Under the pieces are notes generated by a model that saw only the letters and a program-made list of their open reading frames with translations, ran no database searches and had not been told where the DNA came from. Positions 7,617 to 15,732 of a DNA stretch of 60,424 nucleotides are shown here, piece by piece; within the stretch, counting starts at the first letter, position 1, and every line of letters begins with the position of its first letter. The DNA comes from Acinetobacter phage Acba_15. The position numbers and the translations under genes were made by a program. The stretch lies in sequence record OQ101257.1. The stretch is one strand, 5' to 3'.

Positions 7617-8356
7617 CTAGTTTTATTTCTAATGCATTCCAGATTCCTAATGACCTAATAGATAACGGACATATGGCTAAGATGAAGGGTGCAGCTTTGC
7701 CTTGTTATCTTCTCATTGTTCGTAAAACGCGTGGCTGGAATAAACAAGCAGATAGCATCAGCCTATCTCAGTTTGTAAAAGCAACTGGATACAACAAGGA
7801 TACTGTACAAAAAGGCCTATTAATTTTGGAAGAGATGGGTGTAATTATCCGCCTTGAAACTGACAAACAAATTAATGAATGGTCTCTAACTGACCAGATA
7901 ATTACCACTGAAAACCATACTAAAAATTCGCCTAGCGAAAATTTAGCTATGCTAAAAAATAGTACGGAACCATACGAAAATTTAGTATCAAACCATACTA
8001 AAAATTCGCCACACAATAACAATAATAAAAACAAAGAAAAACAAGGGGTGGGTTACTCAGAAAACTTTGAGAAGTTCTGGTCTGCATATCCAACTTGTAA
8101 ACGTAAATCAGACAAGTCTGGCACTTATAAAACTTTCACAAAGCATGAAGGAAGTTTTGCGATTGAAACACTTCTTTCAATTCTTGAAAAACAAAAATCT
8201 GATGTCTCTTGGACAAAGCAGGATGGTGAGTTCATTCCATCACCTAGCACTTGGTTAAACCAAAAACAATGGGAAAACGAGTATTGGTTTCAGGTCAACA
8301 GCTCTGTGGTAGCTCCTGATTTCTCTAATGCCCAATTGCAATATGGAGACTGGTAA
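7613..8356 (+). CDS. Phage replication initiator, O-like, copy 2.
   Basis: Position before the helicase, shared C-terminal YGDW tail, and internal iterons. Confidence 0.55.
   Translation: MTSFISNAFQIPNDLIDNGHMAKMKGAALPCYLLIVRKTRGWNKQADSISLSQFVKATGYNKDTVQKGLLILEEMGVIIRLETDKQINEWSLTDQIITTENHTKNSPSENLAMLKNSTEPYENLVSNHTKNSPHNNNNKNKEKQGVGYSENFEKFWSAYPTCKRKSDKSGTYKTFTKHEGSFAIETLLSILEKQKSDVSWTKQDGEFIPSPSTWLNQKQWENEYWFQVNSSVVAPDFSNAQLQYGDW
7910..8010. repeat. Iteron-like repeats inside initiator gene 2. Candidate origin.
   Basis: aaccatactaaaaattcgcc occurs twice, at 7913 and 7991. gaaaatttag occurs twice, at 7936 and 7975. Confidence 0.4.
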
Positions 8357-9681
8357 TGAGTACAAACATTCAAAATATGACAATTGAGCAGAGTGTGCTA
8401 GTCGCATTGATGACAGTGAGCCATTCCCTAGAGGTTGTCGCAAATGATCTTACCGAAGAACATTTTTACGCTGGTCGTCACAAGATTATTTACAAGGCAA
8501 TTGTTGAGCTTGCTAATGCTGATAAGCCATATGACTCAGTATTTGTCTGCAAGCATCTACAAGAAAGAAATCTGCTTAACGATATCGGCGGTGAAGAATA
8601 TTTAATTCAACTTAATAGCGCTATTGGTAGTGTCCATCACCTTGAATACTTTGTCGCAGAATTAACTAAGTTAAAAAACCATCGTGAAGTTGAAGGTATT
8701 GGTCTCTCGATTGCAGAGTGCGCTAAAGATTTGACCATTACTGATGTTTACTTAGCTGCTGAGAATTTATTTAGTTCGTCTAGTAATTCAATTGAGCAAA
8801 AGCAAACAGGCTTTGATTTTAACCAAGCTTTAGAAAAGACACTTGAGCGATTTGAGAAAAAGATTGCCCAGAAGGAACAAAAGGGCTTCATAGGTGTCCA
8901 GTTCAATATTCCTCATCTTGATAACCTTCTTGGCACAATCGAGAAAGGACATTTTTGCGTTATTGGTGGTCGTCCGGGTAGTGGCAAGTCAACACTCGCG
9001 CAAATGTGTGCAATGCAAACTGCTAAGCGCTACAACATGCCTGTTTTATTTATCTCTGCTGAGATGGACACACCAACCCTAACCAACCGCATGATCTCAG
9101 CATTAGGGCATATCCCATATAACAATCTGCACAATGGGGAAATTTATGACGGGATGTTTGAAAAGCTTACTGGCACGATAGCTCAGTTCCGCAACCTTCC
9201 AATTTTTATTGAAGAGAAGCAGAAGCCAACAATTTCTGAAATCCAAAGCTATGCGCGTAAAGCAAAACGCAAATATAAGGCTCTAGGCTGCATCATTGTG
9301 GACTACTTGGGCTTAATTCGTGACCCATCTAAAAAAGACCGTGTTCAGGAAGTTGCATCAATTAGCCGTGATTTAAAAGCCATGGCTAAAGAGTTTGATT
9401 GTCCAGTAATTGCATTGGCTCAACTTAACCGTGGAGCAGAAGGACACAAGCCAGTAGCAAGTGATCTTAAGGATTCTGGACAGATTGAACAGGATGCAGA
9501 CCAAATCATCATGGTTCATCCAATCCTCGAAAAAGAGACTAATGCGCCAACTGGTGTAACCGAGTTAATTATTGCCAAAAACCGTCATGGCAAGCGTGGA
9601 TCTGTGAATGTTCAAGACCGTTTAGATATTTGCCGTTTCGTTGGGATGTCATTCCCAGTGGAAGAGAGAGGTGCGGCGTGA
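8356..9681 (+). CDS. DnaB-family replicative DNA helicase.
   Basis: Walker A motif GGRPGSGKST, Walker B-like segment IIVDYLGLI, and a characteristic DnaB N-terminal domain. Confidence 0.85.
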   Translation: MSTNIQNMTIEQSVLVALMTVSHSLEVVANDLTEEHFYAGRHKIIYKAIVELANADKPYDSVFVCKHLQERNLLNDIGGEEYLIQLNSAIGSVHHLEYFVAELTKLKNHREVEGIGLSIAECAKDLTITDVYLAAENLFSSSSNSIEQKQTGFDFNQALEKTLERFEKKIAQKEQKGFIGVQFNIPHLDNLLGTIEKGHFCVIGGRPGSGKSTLAQMCAMQTAKRYNMPVLFISAEMDTPTLTNRMISALGHIPYNNLHNGEIYDGMFEKLTGTIAQFRNLPIFIEEKQKPTISEIQSYARKAKRKYKALGCIIVDYLGLIRDPSKKDRVQEVASISRDLKAMAKEFDCPVIALAQLNRGAEGHKPVASDLKDSGQIEQDADQIIMVHPILEKETNAPTGVTELIIAKNRHGKRGSVNVQDRLDICRFVGMSFPVEERGAA

Positions 9682-9929
9682 ATCCAAAACAAAGAGTAAT
9701 CGCGTTCCAAAACATTTTTGACATTTTGTTGTTCGCAACGCATGCGACTGAGCCTTTCACAATGAAGGATTTACGTGACTATGTGTTAGATGCACCTAAC
9801 AACACTATTCAATGCTATGTCCAAGAGCTAATCAAAAGTGGGTACCTAGAAAAAGATTCATATGCAACCTACAAGGCTACGCAATACGCAAAAGACATCC
9901 TGAATGTTAAAGGGGAGCTGAAAGCATGA
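9678..9929 (+). CDS. Hypothetical protein.
   Basis: GTG start overlapping the helicase stop codon. Confidence 0.35.
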   Translation: MNPKQRVIAFQNIFDILLFATHATEPFTMKDLRDYVLDAPNNTIQCYVQELIKSGYLEKDSYATYKATQYAKDILNVKGELKA

Positions 9930-10103
9930 ACGAATTTGTAGATTACACCTCAATGATGAAGCTGCGCAGAGCGTACAACCTCGGTACTCGCAATAAAGAA
10001 ACAAGAGCAGCAGCGAACCTCTATGAGAAATTAAGAAAGCTGAAAATGCTAGACCAGCTTAAGCAGGAAGCCATGACTAAACGTTACAAGGAGGCGGTAT
10101 GAA
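9927..10103 (+). CDS. Hypothetical basic protein of 58 aa.
   Basis: ATG ORF with translational coupling. Confidence 0.3.
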
Positions 10104-10407
10104 ACCAGAACAGTTTATTCGTGAGTTTGGGCCTAACACTTTCAGAATATCAATGTCATTTGTCAACACTGCTAAGTATTTGGTGGTTCATGAAGGTGAA
10201 ATTGATTTTACAGATGAAATCAAGCCTCACCATGGCGAACGTGTATTTGAGCGTGATGTGGTCAATCGCCTCATAGAGTCTTTGGATTTGGTCAAGAAGC
10301 TTGGTGGCTTACAAGGTGCAAAAGCATATGTTCCAGATGGTTACAAATCAGATCGTTTGAAGCAAGCAATCAAAGACCACGAATCAATATACGGAGGCGG
10401 GGAATGA
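10099..10407 (+). CDS. Hypothetical protein.
   Basis: ORF only. Confidence 0.35.
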   Translation: MKPEQFIREFGPNTFRISMSFVNTAKYLVVHEGEIDFTDEIKPHHGERVFERDVVNRLIESLDLVKKLGGLQGAKAYVPDGYKSDRLKQAIKDHESIYGGGE

Positions 10408-10577
10408 ATAGCATCTGGTTTACGTTGTTCTTCTGCTTATGCTGCTTTATTTGGGGCTTTGCGTATTCGTATGGCAGTTGGGTTGAGAAAGCAACTAATG
10501 GTCAGCCTTTTGAAGTGAAAGGCAAGGTTTACAAAATCATTGAATTGGATGTTGTGGAAAAAGGAGCCAGCCATGAG
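10404..10577 (+). CDS. Small hydrophobic protein of 57 aa.
   Basis: N-terminal predicted transmembrane segment IWFTLFFCLCCFIWGF. Confidence 0.3.
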
Positions 10578-10854
10578 TGAGTTTAAAGTCGGGGATTACA
10601 TTGTAATTGATCAAAAATATGACAAGACCTTCATGCCCGTTTTGCAAATTATTTCAGAAGGTAAGAACTATTTCTATTGCAATGATGGGCAAGTACATAA
10701 ATCGCAAATGGAACAATGGCGCAAAGCTGAGCCAGAAGAAATCGCAGCAGGCCACCGCATTGATAACCCCTCGGATTCGAGGGAATTGGAAACCCTAGAC
10801 AAACCAGAAAACCACATCAGCCCGCTGTGTAAAACGATAGGTGATCAATCATGA
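10572..10854 (+). CDS. Hypothetical protein.
   Basis: Start set at MSEFKV. Confidence 0.35.
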
Positions 10855-11177
10855 CATTTGATGAAGCAATACAGCAGCACAAAGACAACTTAACAAAGAA
10901 CCTTTCGGAGTTTGGTGAAGGGCATCGCCTTAATCGCTTGCACAAGGAAATTGATAGCAATGCGGCTGATTATGAATATTACTTCAATGCTGGTCAGCAG
11001 GCACAGCAAGCGAAAGTGGAGGAGCTGCAAACCCTATATACCCAACAAGGAATAAACATGTTGAAGATGCAAAAGCGGGTGGATGCAGTAATTATCGAAA
11101 TTGAAAATATGTATTTATCAGGTGCCATTGGTTTTGACACGGTTAAGAAGTTAGAGCAAGCGCTCAAGGGGGAATAA
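10851..11177 (+). CDS. Hypothetical protein.
   Basis: ORF with overlapping start and stop. Confidence 0.35.
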   Translation: MTFDEAIQQHKDNLTKNLSEFGEGHRLNRLHKEIDSNAADYEYYFNAGQQAQQAKVEELQTLYTQQGINMLKMQKRVDAVIIEIENMYLSGAIGFDTVKKLEQALKGE

Positions 11178-11179
11178 CA

Positions 11180-11482
11180 ATGAATTTTGATAATGAAATG
11201 ATTAAAGGTATTTCTCAAAGCGAGTTTGAAAAAGCTTTTGCAAAGCAGATGATGAAAGATCGAGTTTCTGATCAGATGCAAAAGGATATGGAAGCTCTGC
11301 AAAAACTTAATAGTGGCAATTATGTGATTGTGCCAAAAGAACCAACTCAAAGAATGCTAAACGCTGGTCATGTTGTAATGAATCCTGTCAAGGGTTCGGA
11401 TGTGCATTCAGGTACAAATCAGAAGCGTCGTGAGTGCTACAAAGCAATGTTAAGGGCTTATCAGGAGTATGGCGACCAATGA
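11180..11482 (+). CDS. Hypothetical protein with a C-terminal domain whose consensus across the three paralogs is YV(L/I)VPKEPTQ(R/K)ML(N/Q)A.
   Basis: The C-terminal 50 aa resemble 12157..12363 and 56700..57089. Confidence 0.4.
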   Translation: MNFDNEMIKGISQSEFEKAFAKQMMKDRVSDQMQKDMEALQKLNSGNYVIVPKEPTQRMLNAGHVVMNPVKGSDVHSGTNQKRRECYKAMLRAYQEYGDQ

Positions 11483-11931
11483 CCACATTCAAAGAGGCTC
11501 AAATCATCATTGGCATCGATCCTGACTTAGAAAAGTCGGGAGTTGCCATTCTAGGGAATGATCTTCAACTCAAAAATATGACTTTTCCTGAAACTGTAGA
11601 GCTATTTAGAAACGAGCAGGACAGCATTAAGAAAGTTGTGATTGAAGCAGGTTGGGAGAACAAGAAAGCCAATTTCCGAGTAGGTGGGAATCACTCAAGA
11701 CAAGTGAACGAGCAAATTGCTAGACGTGTTGGGATGAATCATGCGACTGGCATCTTATTAGCAGAAATAGCACAAGCATTGGGTCTAGCAGTTTTACTGG
11801 TGAAGCCAACTAAATCAAAGCTCAATGCAGAACAGTTTAACAAGATAACTGGCTGGCAAGGTCGCACAAATCAAGAACAGCGTGACGCAGGCATGCTTGT
11901 ATGGGGGATGAACGGGAAGAAGGTGGCGTGA
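11479..11931 (+). CDS. RuvC-like Holliday junction resolvase.
   Basis: N-terminal IIIGIDPDLEKSGVAIL matches the RuvC motif ILGIDPG...G.A. Confidence 0.55.
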   Translation: MTTFKEAQIIIGIDPDLEKSGVAILGNDLQLKNMTFPETVELFRNEQDSIKKVVIEAGWENKKANFRVGGNHSRQVNEQIARRVGMNHATGILLAEIAQALGLAVLLVKPTKSKLNAEQFNKITGWQGRTNQEQRDAGMLVWGMNGKKVA

Positions 11932-12167
11932 TGAATCAAGAATTTTTGAATTGGGCAAAAAAGAATTTGAATTACACAGGTGTAGATGCATTTGAAGCGG
12001 GCAAACAAAGTAGATGGGCTGAGATTGACGCAAATGAATTAAAGCTCATAAAGCTTAGTGAAGCCATCTATGCGTGTGGTGATCTACGTGAATATTCTGA
12101 TGATGAGCTATTGGGCTTCTACAAGGTCCTCAAAGGCATTTTAGAGGGTAAAGACCATGCGTGTTGA
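11931..12167 (+). CDS. Hypothetical protein.
   Basis: ORF only. Confidence 0.3.
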   Translation: MNQEFLNWAKKNLNYTGVDAFEAGKQSRWAEIDANELKLIKLSEAIYACGDLREYSDDELLGFYKVLKGILEGKDHAC

Positions 12168-12363
12168 TGAGCAAATCAAAATGCTTGAAAGCAGTGACTA
12201 TGTGCTAGTGCCAAAAGAGCCTACACAAAAAATGCTTAATGCTGCTCACTGCTACATGAACCCAGTTAAAGGAAGTGATGTGCATCCTGAAACAAATAGA
12301 AAGCGCAAAGAAATGTACAAAGCAATGATAAATGCGTGCTTGAAAGAAATGGCAAAAGGTTAA
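12157..12363 (+). CDS. Hypothetical protein of 68 aa, paralog of the 11180 C-terminal domain.
   Basis: DYVLVPKEPTQKMLNAAHCYMNPVKGSDVH aligns with NYVIVPKEPTQRMLNAGHVVMNPVKGSDVH. Confidence 0.4.
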   Translation: MRVDEQIKMLESSDYVLVPKEPTQKMLNAAHCYMNPVKGSDVHPETNRKRKEMYKAMINACLKEMAKG

Positions 12364-12372
12364 GGTGACGGT

Positions 12373-12813
12373 ATGAATGCGGCAGTAGTAACACCAGTAA
12401 TGGATTGGAACAAATACACAATTGATGGATGGCTAGAGCAGTTCGGCGCTTGGTGTGAAACTGTGCGCATGAAAGGAGGGGATTTACCAGATGGATTGCA
12501 TATCAATCAGATCTATTGGTTGATGCGTGAAGCTGGAAAAGAAGGGCCAAGAGGTAAGGCTTACATCCGTTGTGAGATTAATGATTTTGAAGCGGATCAA
12601 GTGCAGACACTATTGCGAAGCATTCTGCGGTCCGAGAAGGTTGATTATCAAGCTAAGTATGCAGTGATGTGTTTGATTAAGCATAAGGTCGAAAATCGAT
12701 CTTTAAGTGCGGTGGCAGGCATTACAAACCAGTCTAAAGCTCAGGTAAATATCATGGTTGGATGTGCAAGATTTTTTCTTCACGCACATGATAAAAGATT
12801 AAGAATATCATGA
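12373..12813 (+). CDS. Candidate Q-like late-gene antiterminator.
   Basis: Its position is last in the early-right region, directly before a strong promoter-like element. Homology to Q families is weak and assessed by eye only. Confidence 0.35.
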   Translation: MNAAVVTPVMDWNKYTIDGWLEQFGAWCETVRMKGGDLPDGLHINQIYWLMREAGKEGPRGKAYIRCEINDFEADQVQTLLRSILRSEKVDYQAKYAVMCLIKHKVENRSLSAVAGITNQSKAQVNIMVGCARFFLHAHDKRLRIS

Positions 12814-12819
12814 GTTTAA

Positions 12820-12838
12820 TTGTTTTTATGGTATAATA
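12820..12838 (+). promoter_or_regulatory. Extended -10 promoter TGgTATAAT. Candidate late promoter.
   Basis: A perfect extended -10 element lies directly downstream of the Q-like gene. Confidence 0.4.
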
Positions 12839-12907
12839 TTTAAGCAAGCCATACAGGTGCTACCAACACCTATATGGCTCTAATCAAATTGAAATTGAGG
12901 CTCCAAA

Positions 12908-13477
12908 ATGACTGTGCGCAATAATACTTGCGTAGCCACAGCTATGCAACGTCGTCACCAAAATTTTATGAAACTCTTAGAATTAACCTATGAGGACTTT
13001 GATTATGATTTCTCTAGAGTAGTCTTTGATAAGGATGTTGAATCAACAGGTGAGATCAAATGCCCGAAACATGGTTGGATAAGAACTAGGGCAAAGAAGC
13101 TATTAGCAGGTAGAGGATGTGTAGCCTGCAATGAAGAAAGCTTAATGGACCAAGGAGCAATGATTTATCTAATTCGCTGTTATGATGAGCAAGAAGAGTT
13201 CTATAAAATTGGAATTACTACCAAATCCCTAGAGGCCAGATTCCCTGATAATAGTAGGCTTCCATACCAGTTTGATGTATTAAGTTTGCAAAATGGAGAT
13301 AGAAAGAAGCTCTATAAATTTGAGACTTTGCTATTAAGACTTTTGGAAAAATACAGATATACACCTAAGAAAGACTTTTGTGGTCGAACTGAGTGTTTCA
13401 GCAATATTGATCTAATTAGGCAGAAATTTAATATTTTTGATGCATTTGGTGTTGACTCGTTTAAACGCGCGGTATAG
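12908..13477 (+). CDS. GIY-YIG / T5orf172-family nuclease-like protein with an N-terminal Cys4 zinc finger.
   Basis: Segment MIYLIRCYDEQEEFYKIGITT fits the GIY...YIG pattern. Cys pairs at CPKHGW...CVAC. Confidence 0.45.
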   Translation: MTVRNNTCVATAMQRRHQNFMKLLELTYEDFDYDFSRVVFDKDVESTGEIKCPKHGWIRTRAKKLLAGRGCVACNEESLMDQGAMIYLIRCYDEQEEFYKIGITTKSLEARFPDNSRLPYQFDVLSLQNGDRKKLYKFETLLLRLLEKYRYTPKKDFCGRTECFSNIDLIRQKFNIFDAFGVDSFKRAV

Positions 13478-13560
13478 CATTTCTGGTATAGTGCGCTTGA
13501 GTAGTCAGGTTCACTAGCGTTATTTAAAAGCTCACTTAATCGTGGGCTTTTTGCTTTTAT

Positions 13561-13641
13561 GCCCTACAAGCTTAGAACATTGGATTCCGATGTGCTGGAC
13601 TGGATTTCTAGTCGATGCTTAAACGTAGGGCTATTTTTTTG
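13561..13641 (+). terminator. Long imperfect hairpin plus a T-run, an intrinsic terminator.
   Basis: gccctac...gtagggc stem with about 57 nt between the arms, followed by tattttttt. Confidence 0.4.
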
Positions 13642-13767
13642 GAGGTTCACATGCTCCGAATAATTAAGCAGGTCTTTTGCATTCATGTTTGGGAATATGA
13701 ATCCGACATGTTCAATCAGAAAGAATGCAGAAAGTGTGGAAAGATTAAGTGTTTGTAGCCCTGTCGT

Positions 13768-13965
13768 TTGACGGGGTTTTCTTTTGGGGTGAACATGGAC
13801 ACAATCGAAGCGAAGAAGAATTTAAATGCTTTGTGCAATGAAATAGAAAAGCTTCAAAACCTGTCACGTAGTTTGATGACCGCGAAAGAGATGCTTGATA
13901 TTGACGCGAAGATTAAGCGCCACAAAGACCAAGTGAAGAATATTAGAAGTAACCTTCATGCGTGA
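13768..13965 (+). CDS. Hypothetical coiled-coil protein.
   Basis: ORF only. Confidence 0.3.
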   Translation: MTGFSFGVNMDTIEAKKNLNALCNEIEKLQNLSRSLMTAKEMLDIDAKIKRHKDQVKNIRSNLHA

Positions 13966-14239
13966 TGCAAAGCGCCTTGCTGCAATAAGAAAATTACCAT
14001 GCGTTAGATGCGGCTATCCTCACTCACAAGCGGCTCATTCAAATTCTAGTAAGCATGGCAAGGGTAAAGGAATAAAGGCCTCAGATGCATTTACAGTGCC
14101 GTTATGCCATAAGTGCCATTTCCTATTCGATACCTACCAATTGGGCACAAGACAAGAATCAGAAGCCCTATTTGATGGTTGGTTAGAAAAAACAGAGCGG
14201 ATGTTGAATATTGATGGAAAATCACAAGATTTATTTTGA
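13958..14239 (+). CDS. HNH-like zinc-binding nuclease-family protein.
   Basis: CVRCGYPHSQAAH...VPLCHKCHF has the Cys/His spacing typical of small phage HNH proteins. Confidence 0.4.
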   Translation: MRDAKRLAAIRKLPCVRCGYPHSQAAHSNSSKHGKGKGIKASDAFTVPLCHKCHFLFDTYQLGTRQESEALFDGWLEKTERMLNIDGKSQDLF

Positions 14240-14278
14240 TATAGTGAATACTTATTAAGCAATACAGGTAGTTAATCG

Positions 14279-14473
14279 ATGAAAGTATTCAAAGCTGATT
14301 TAGATGGTGGTCGCTTTAAGTTCCAAGAACTGGTTTCTATTCCAAGTGATATTCAATGGGATTATTCAAAAAAATGTTTTGATCCAGTTAATCAAATATA
14401 TATTTTTCATAGGCATAATCTTTCATTTAATGAGTTAGATGAATTGAAAAGACAGTTCTTTGATGAAAAATAG
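14279..14473 (+). CDS. Hypothetical protein.
   Basis: ORF only. Confidence 0.3.
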   Translation: MKVFKADLDGGRFKFQELVSIPSDIQWDYSKKCFDPVNQIYIFHRHNLSFNELDELKRQFFDEK

Positions 14474-14477
14474 AATA

Positions 14478-14503
14478 AAGCCACCCTCGGGTGGTTTTTT
14501 ATT
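14478..14503 (+). terminator. Intrinsic terminator.
   Basis: Hairpin ccaccctcgggtgg plus ttttttattgc. Confidence 0.5.
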
Positions 14504-14514
14504 GCGAGGTCAAA

Positions 14515-15006
14515 ATGGAATTCAGACAAGTTGTTAAGAACCATTGCGACATTGCGCCAGTCACTAACTTTCTTAATGTGAATCATGGTAAGGCAGCGAG
14601 TGAAGGGAAGCCGTTAGTTGTATTGATTGCACCTCAAGAGAAAGACCGGACGAAAGCTCAAAACCGTTTGTACTGGATGTGGCTAAATCAGTGGGCTAAG
14701 AAGCAGGGAACGGATAAAGACTATGAACATCTGTTCTTTAAGAAGAACTTCTTATCCAAAATCTATGATCGTGATGACGTTGGCCAATACAAGAAAACAT
14801 TCAAGGCTGTTAGAGAGTTGAAGGATTCTAAGCATCCTCTTTATCAAGATGTAGCAAACGGCCTATGCGAGCTAATGAGCACTACAGACGCAAGTACAGC
14901 TCAATTCACAGAATACCTAAACGACATTCACGCATTCTGCAATAAAAACGGGTGTTATTTGGAAACGCCTGATGATTTAAAATGGTGTTATAGTGATCCT
15001 TTATAA
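14515..15006 (+). CDS. NinB/Orf-family recombination mediator.
   Basis: PLVVLIAPQEKDRTKAQNRLYWMW resembles the lambda NinB segment PIVVTIQERNRSLDQNRKLWA. Start set at the ATG MEFRQVV, because the track start lies inside the terminator. Confidence 0.55.
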   Translation: MEFRQVVKNHCDIAPVTNFLNVNHGKAASEGKPLVVLIAPQEKDRTKAQNRLYWMWLNQWAKKQGTDKDYEHLFFKKNFLSKIYDRDDVGQYKKTFKAVRELKDSKHPLYQDVANGLCELMSTTDASTAQFTEYLNDIHAFCNKNGCYLETPDDLKWCYSDPL

Positions 15007-15023
15007 TAAATAAGGGTCTATAA

Positions 15024-15257
15024 ATGTCAGAAAAGCGTGAATTTTCGGTAAAAGCTAAAGCAGAAGATGGCACTACAAACGGTTATGTAGTTGAGTTTGA
15101 TATTTTTGATACACTAAACTTGGATGATGGGGAATTTAAAAGCAAATCCTTCATTCCAAATGTAGTCATAATTGATCAAAATCGGATCCCAGTTTATTCA
15201 AAGAAATTTAGAGATCCGAGAGACGATAAAGAATATACGATTCAAGGTAATTTTTAG
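15024..15257 (+). CDS. Hypothetical protein.
   Basis: ORF only. Confidence 0.3.
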   Translation: MSEKREFSVKAKAEDGTTNGYVVEFDIFDTLNLDDGEFKSKSFIPNVVIIDQNRIPVYSKKFRDPRDDKEYTIQGNF

Positions 15258-15259
15258 TA

Positions 15260-15284
15260 GAACCGCCCAAGTGGCGGTTTTTTA
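15260..15284 (+). terminator. Intrinsic terminator.
   Basis: Hairpin ccgcccaagtggcgg followed by tttttt. Confidence 0.5.
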
Positions 15285-15297
15285 ATGGGCGAGAATA

Positions 15298-15732
15298 ATG
15301 GATTCTACAGAATACTTTTGGCTTACTCGGAAAAAAGAACCTAAAACTAAACCTAAAAGCCGGCCACTGCCAAAGCCTACACAAAAATATCTCGAGGCTG
15401 AGGCAACACTTAAGGAAGAGCTTGAGGATTTGTCGATTGGATTTGAACAGAAGTTTCAGCCGATCCATACCAAACACTGGCGCTTTGATTTTCATATTGT
15501 GAAATTGCGTTTGCTCATTGAAATTGAGGGTGGGCCCTGGTCTGGTGGACGTGGTGGAAAGCTGGCAAATAAAGCATGGAGTCTTGATCAATATGATCAA
15601 GCTGAAGAGATGGGTTATAAAATAGAGCGCTTTCATCCAGATTCTATTTTGTCGGGATATGTCATCAACTGGATAAAAAGTGAATTAGCGAGAATTGAAG
15701 ATGGAGCAGATCAGACCATTTCCACCGACTGA
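15298..15732 (+). CDS. Vsr/DUF559-like PD-(D/E)xK endonuclease-fold protein.
   Basis: FDFHIVKLRLLIEIEGGPWSGGRGG...GYKIERF matches the DF...IE.DG..WH.....GW.VLRF pattern. Confidence 0.4.
   Translation: MDSTEYFWLTRKKEPKTKPKSRPLPKPTQKYLEAEATLKEELEDLSIGFEQKFQPIHTKHWRFDFHIVKLRLLIEIEGGPWSGGRGGKLANKAWSLDQYDQAEEMGYKIERFHPDSILSGYVINWIKSELARIEDGADQTISTD

Noticed and set aside
13561-13631. A tRNA-like stem-loop of 71 nt with a 7-bp acceptor-like stem (gccctac/gtagggc).
   Set aside because: No D-arm or T-arm, no GTTC/TTCGA T-loop motif, and it is followed by a T-run. It is better explained as a long intrinsic terminator hairpin.
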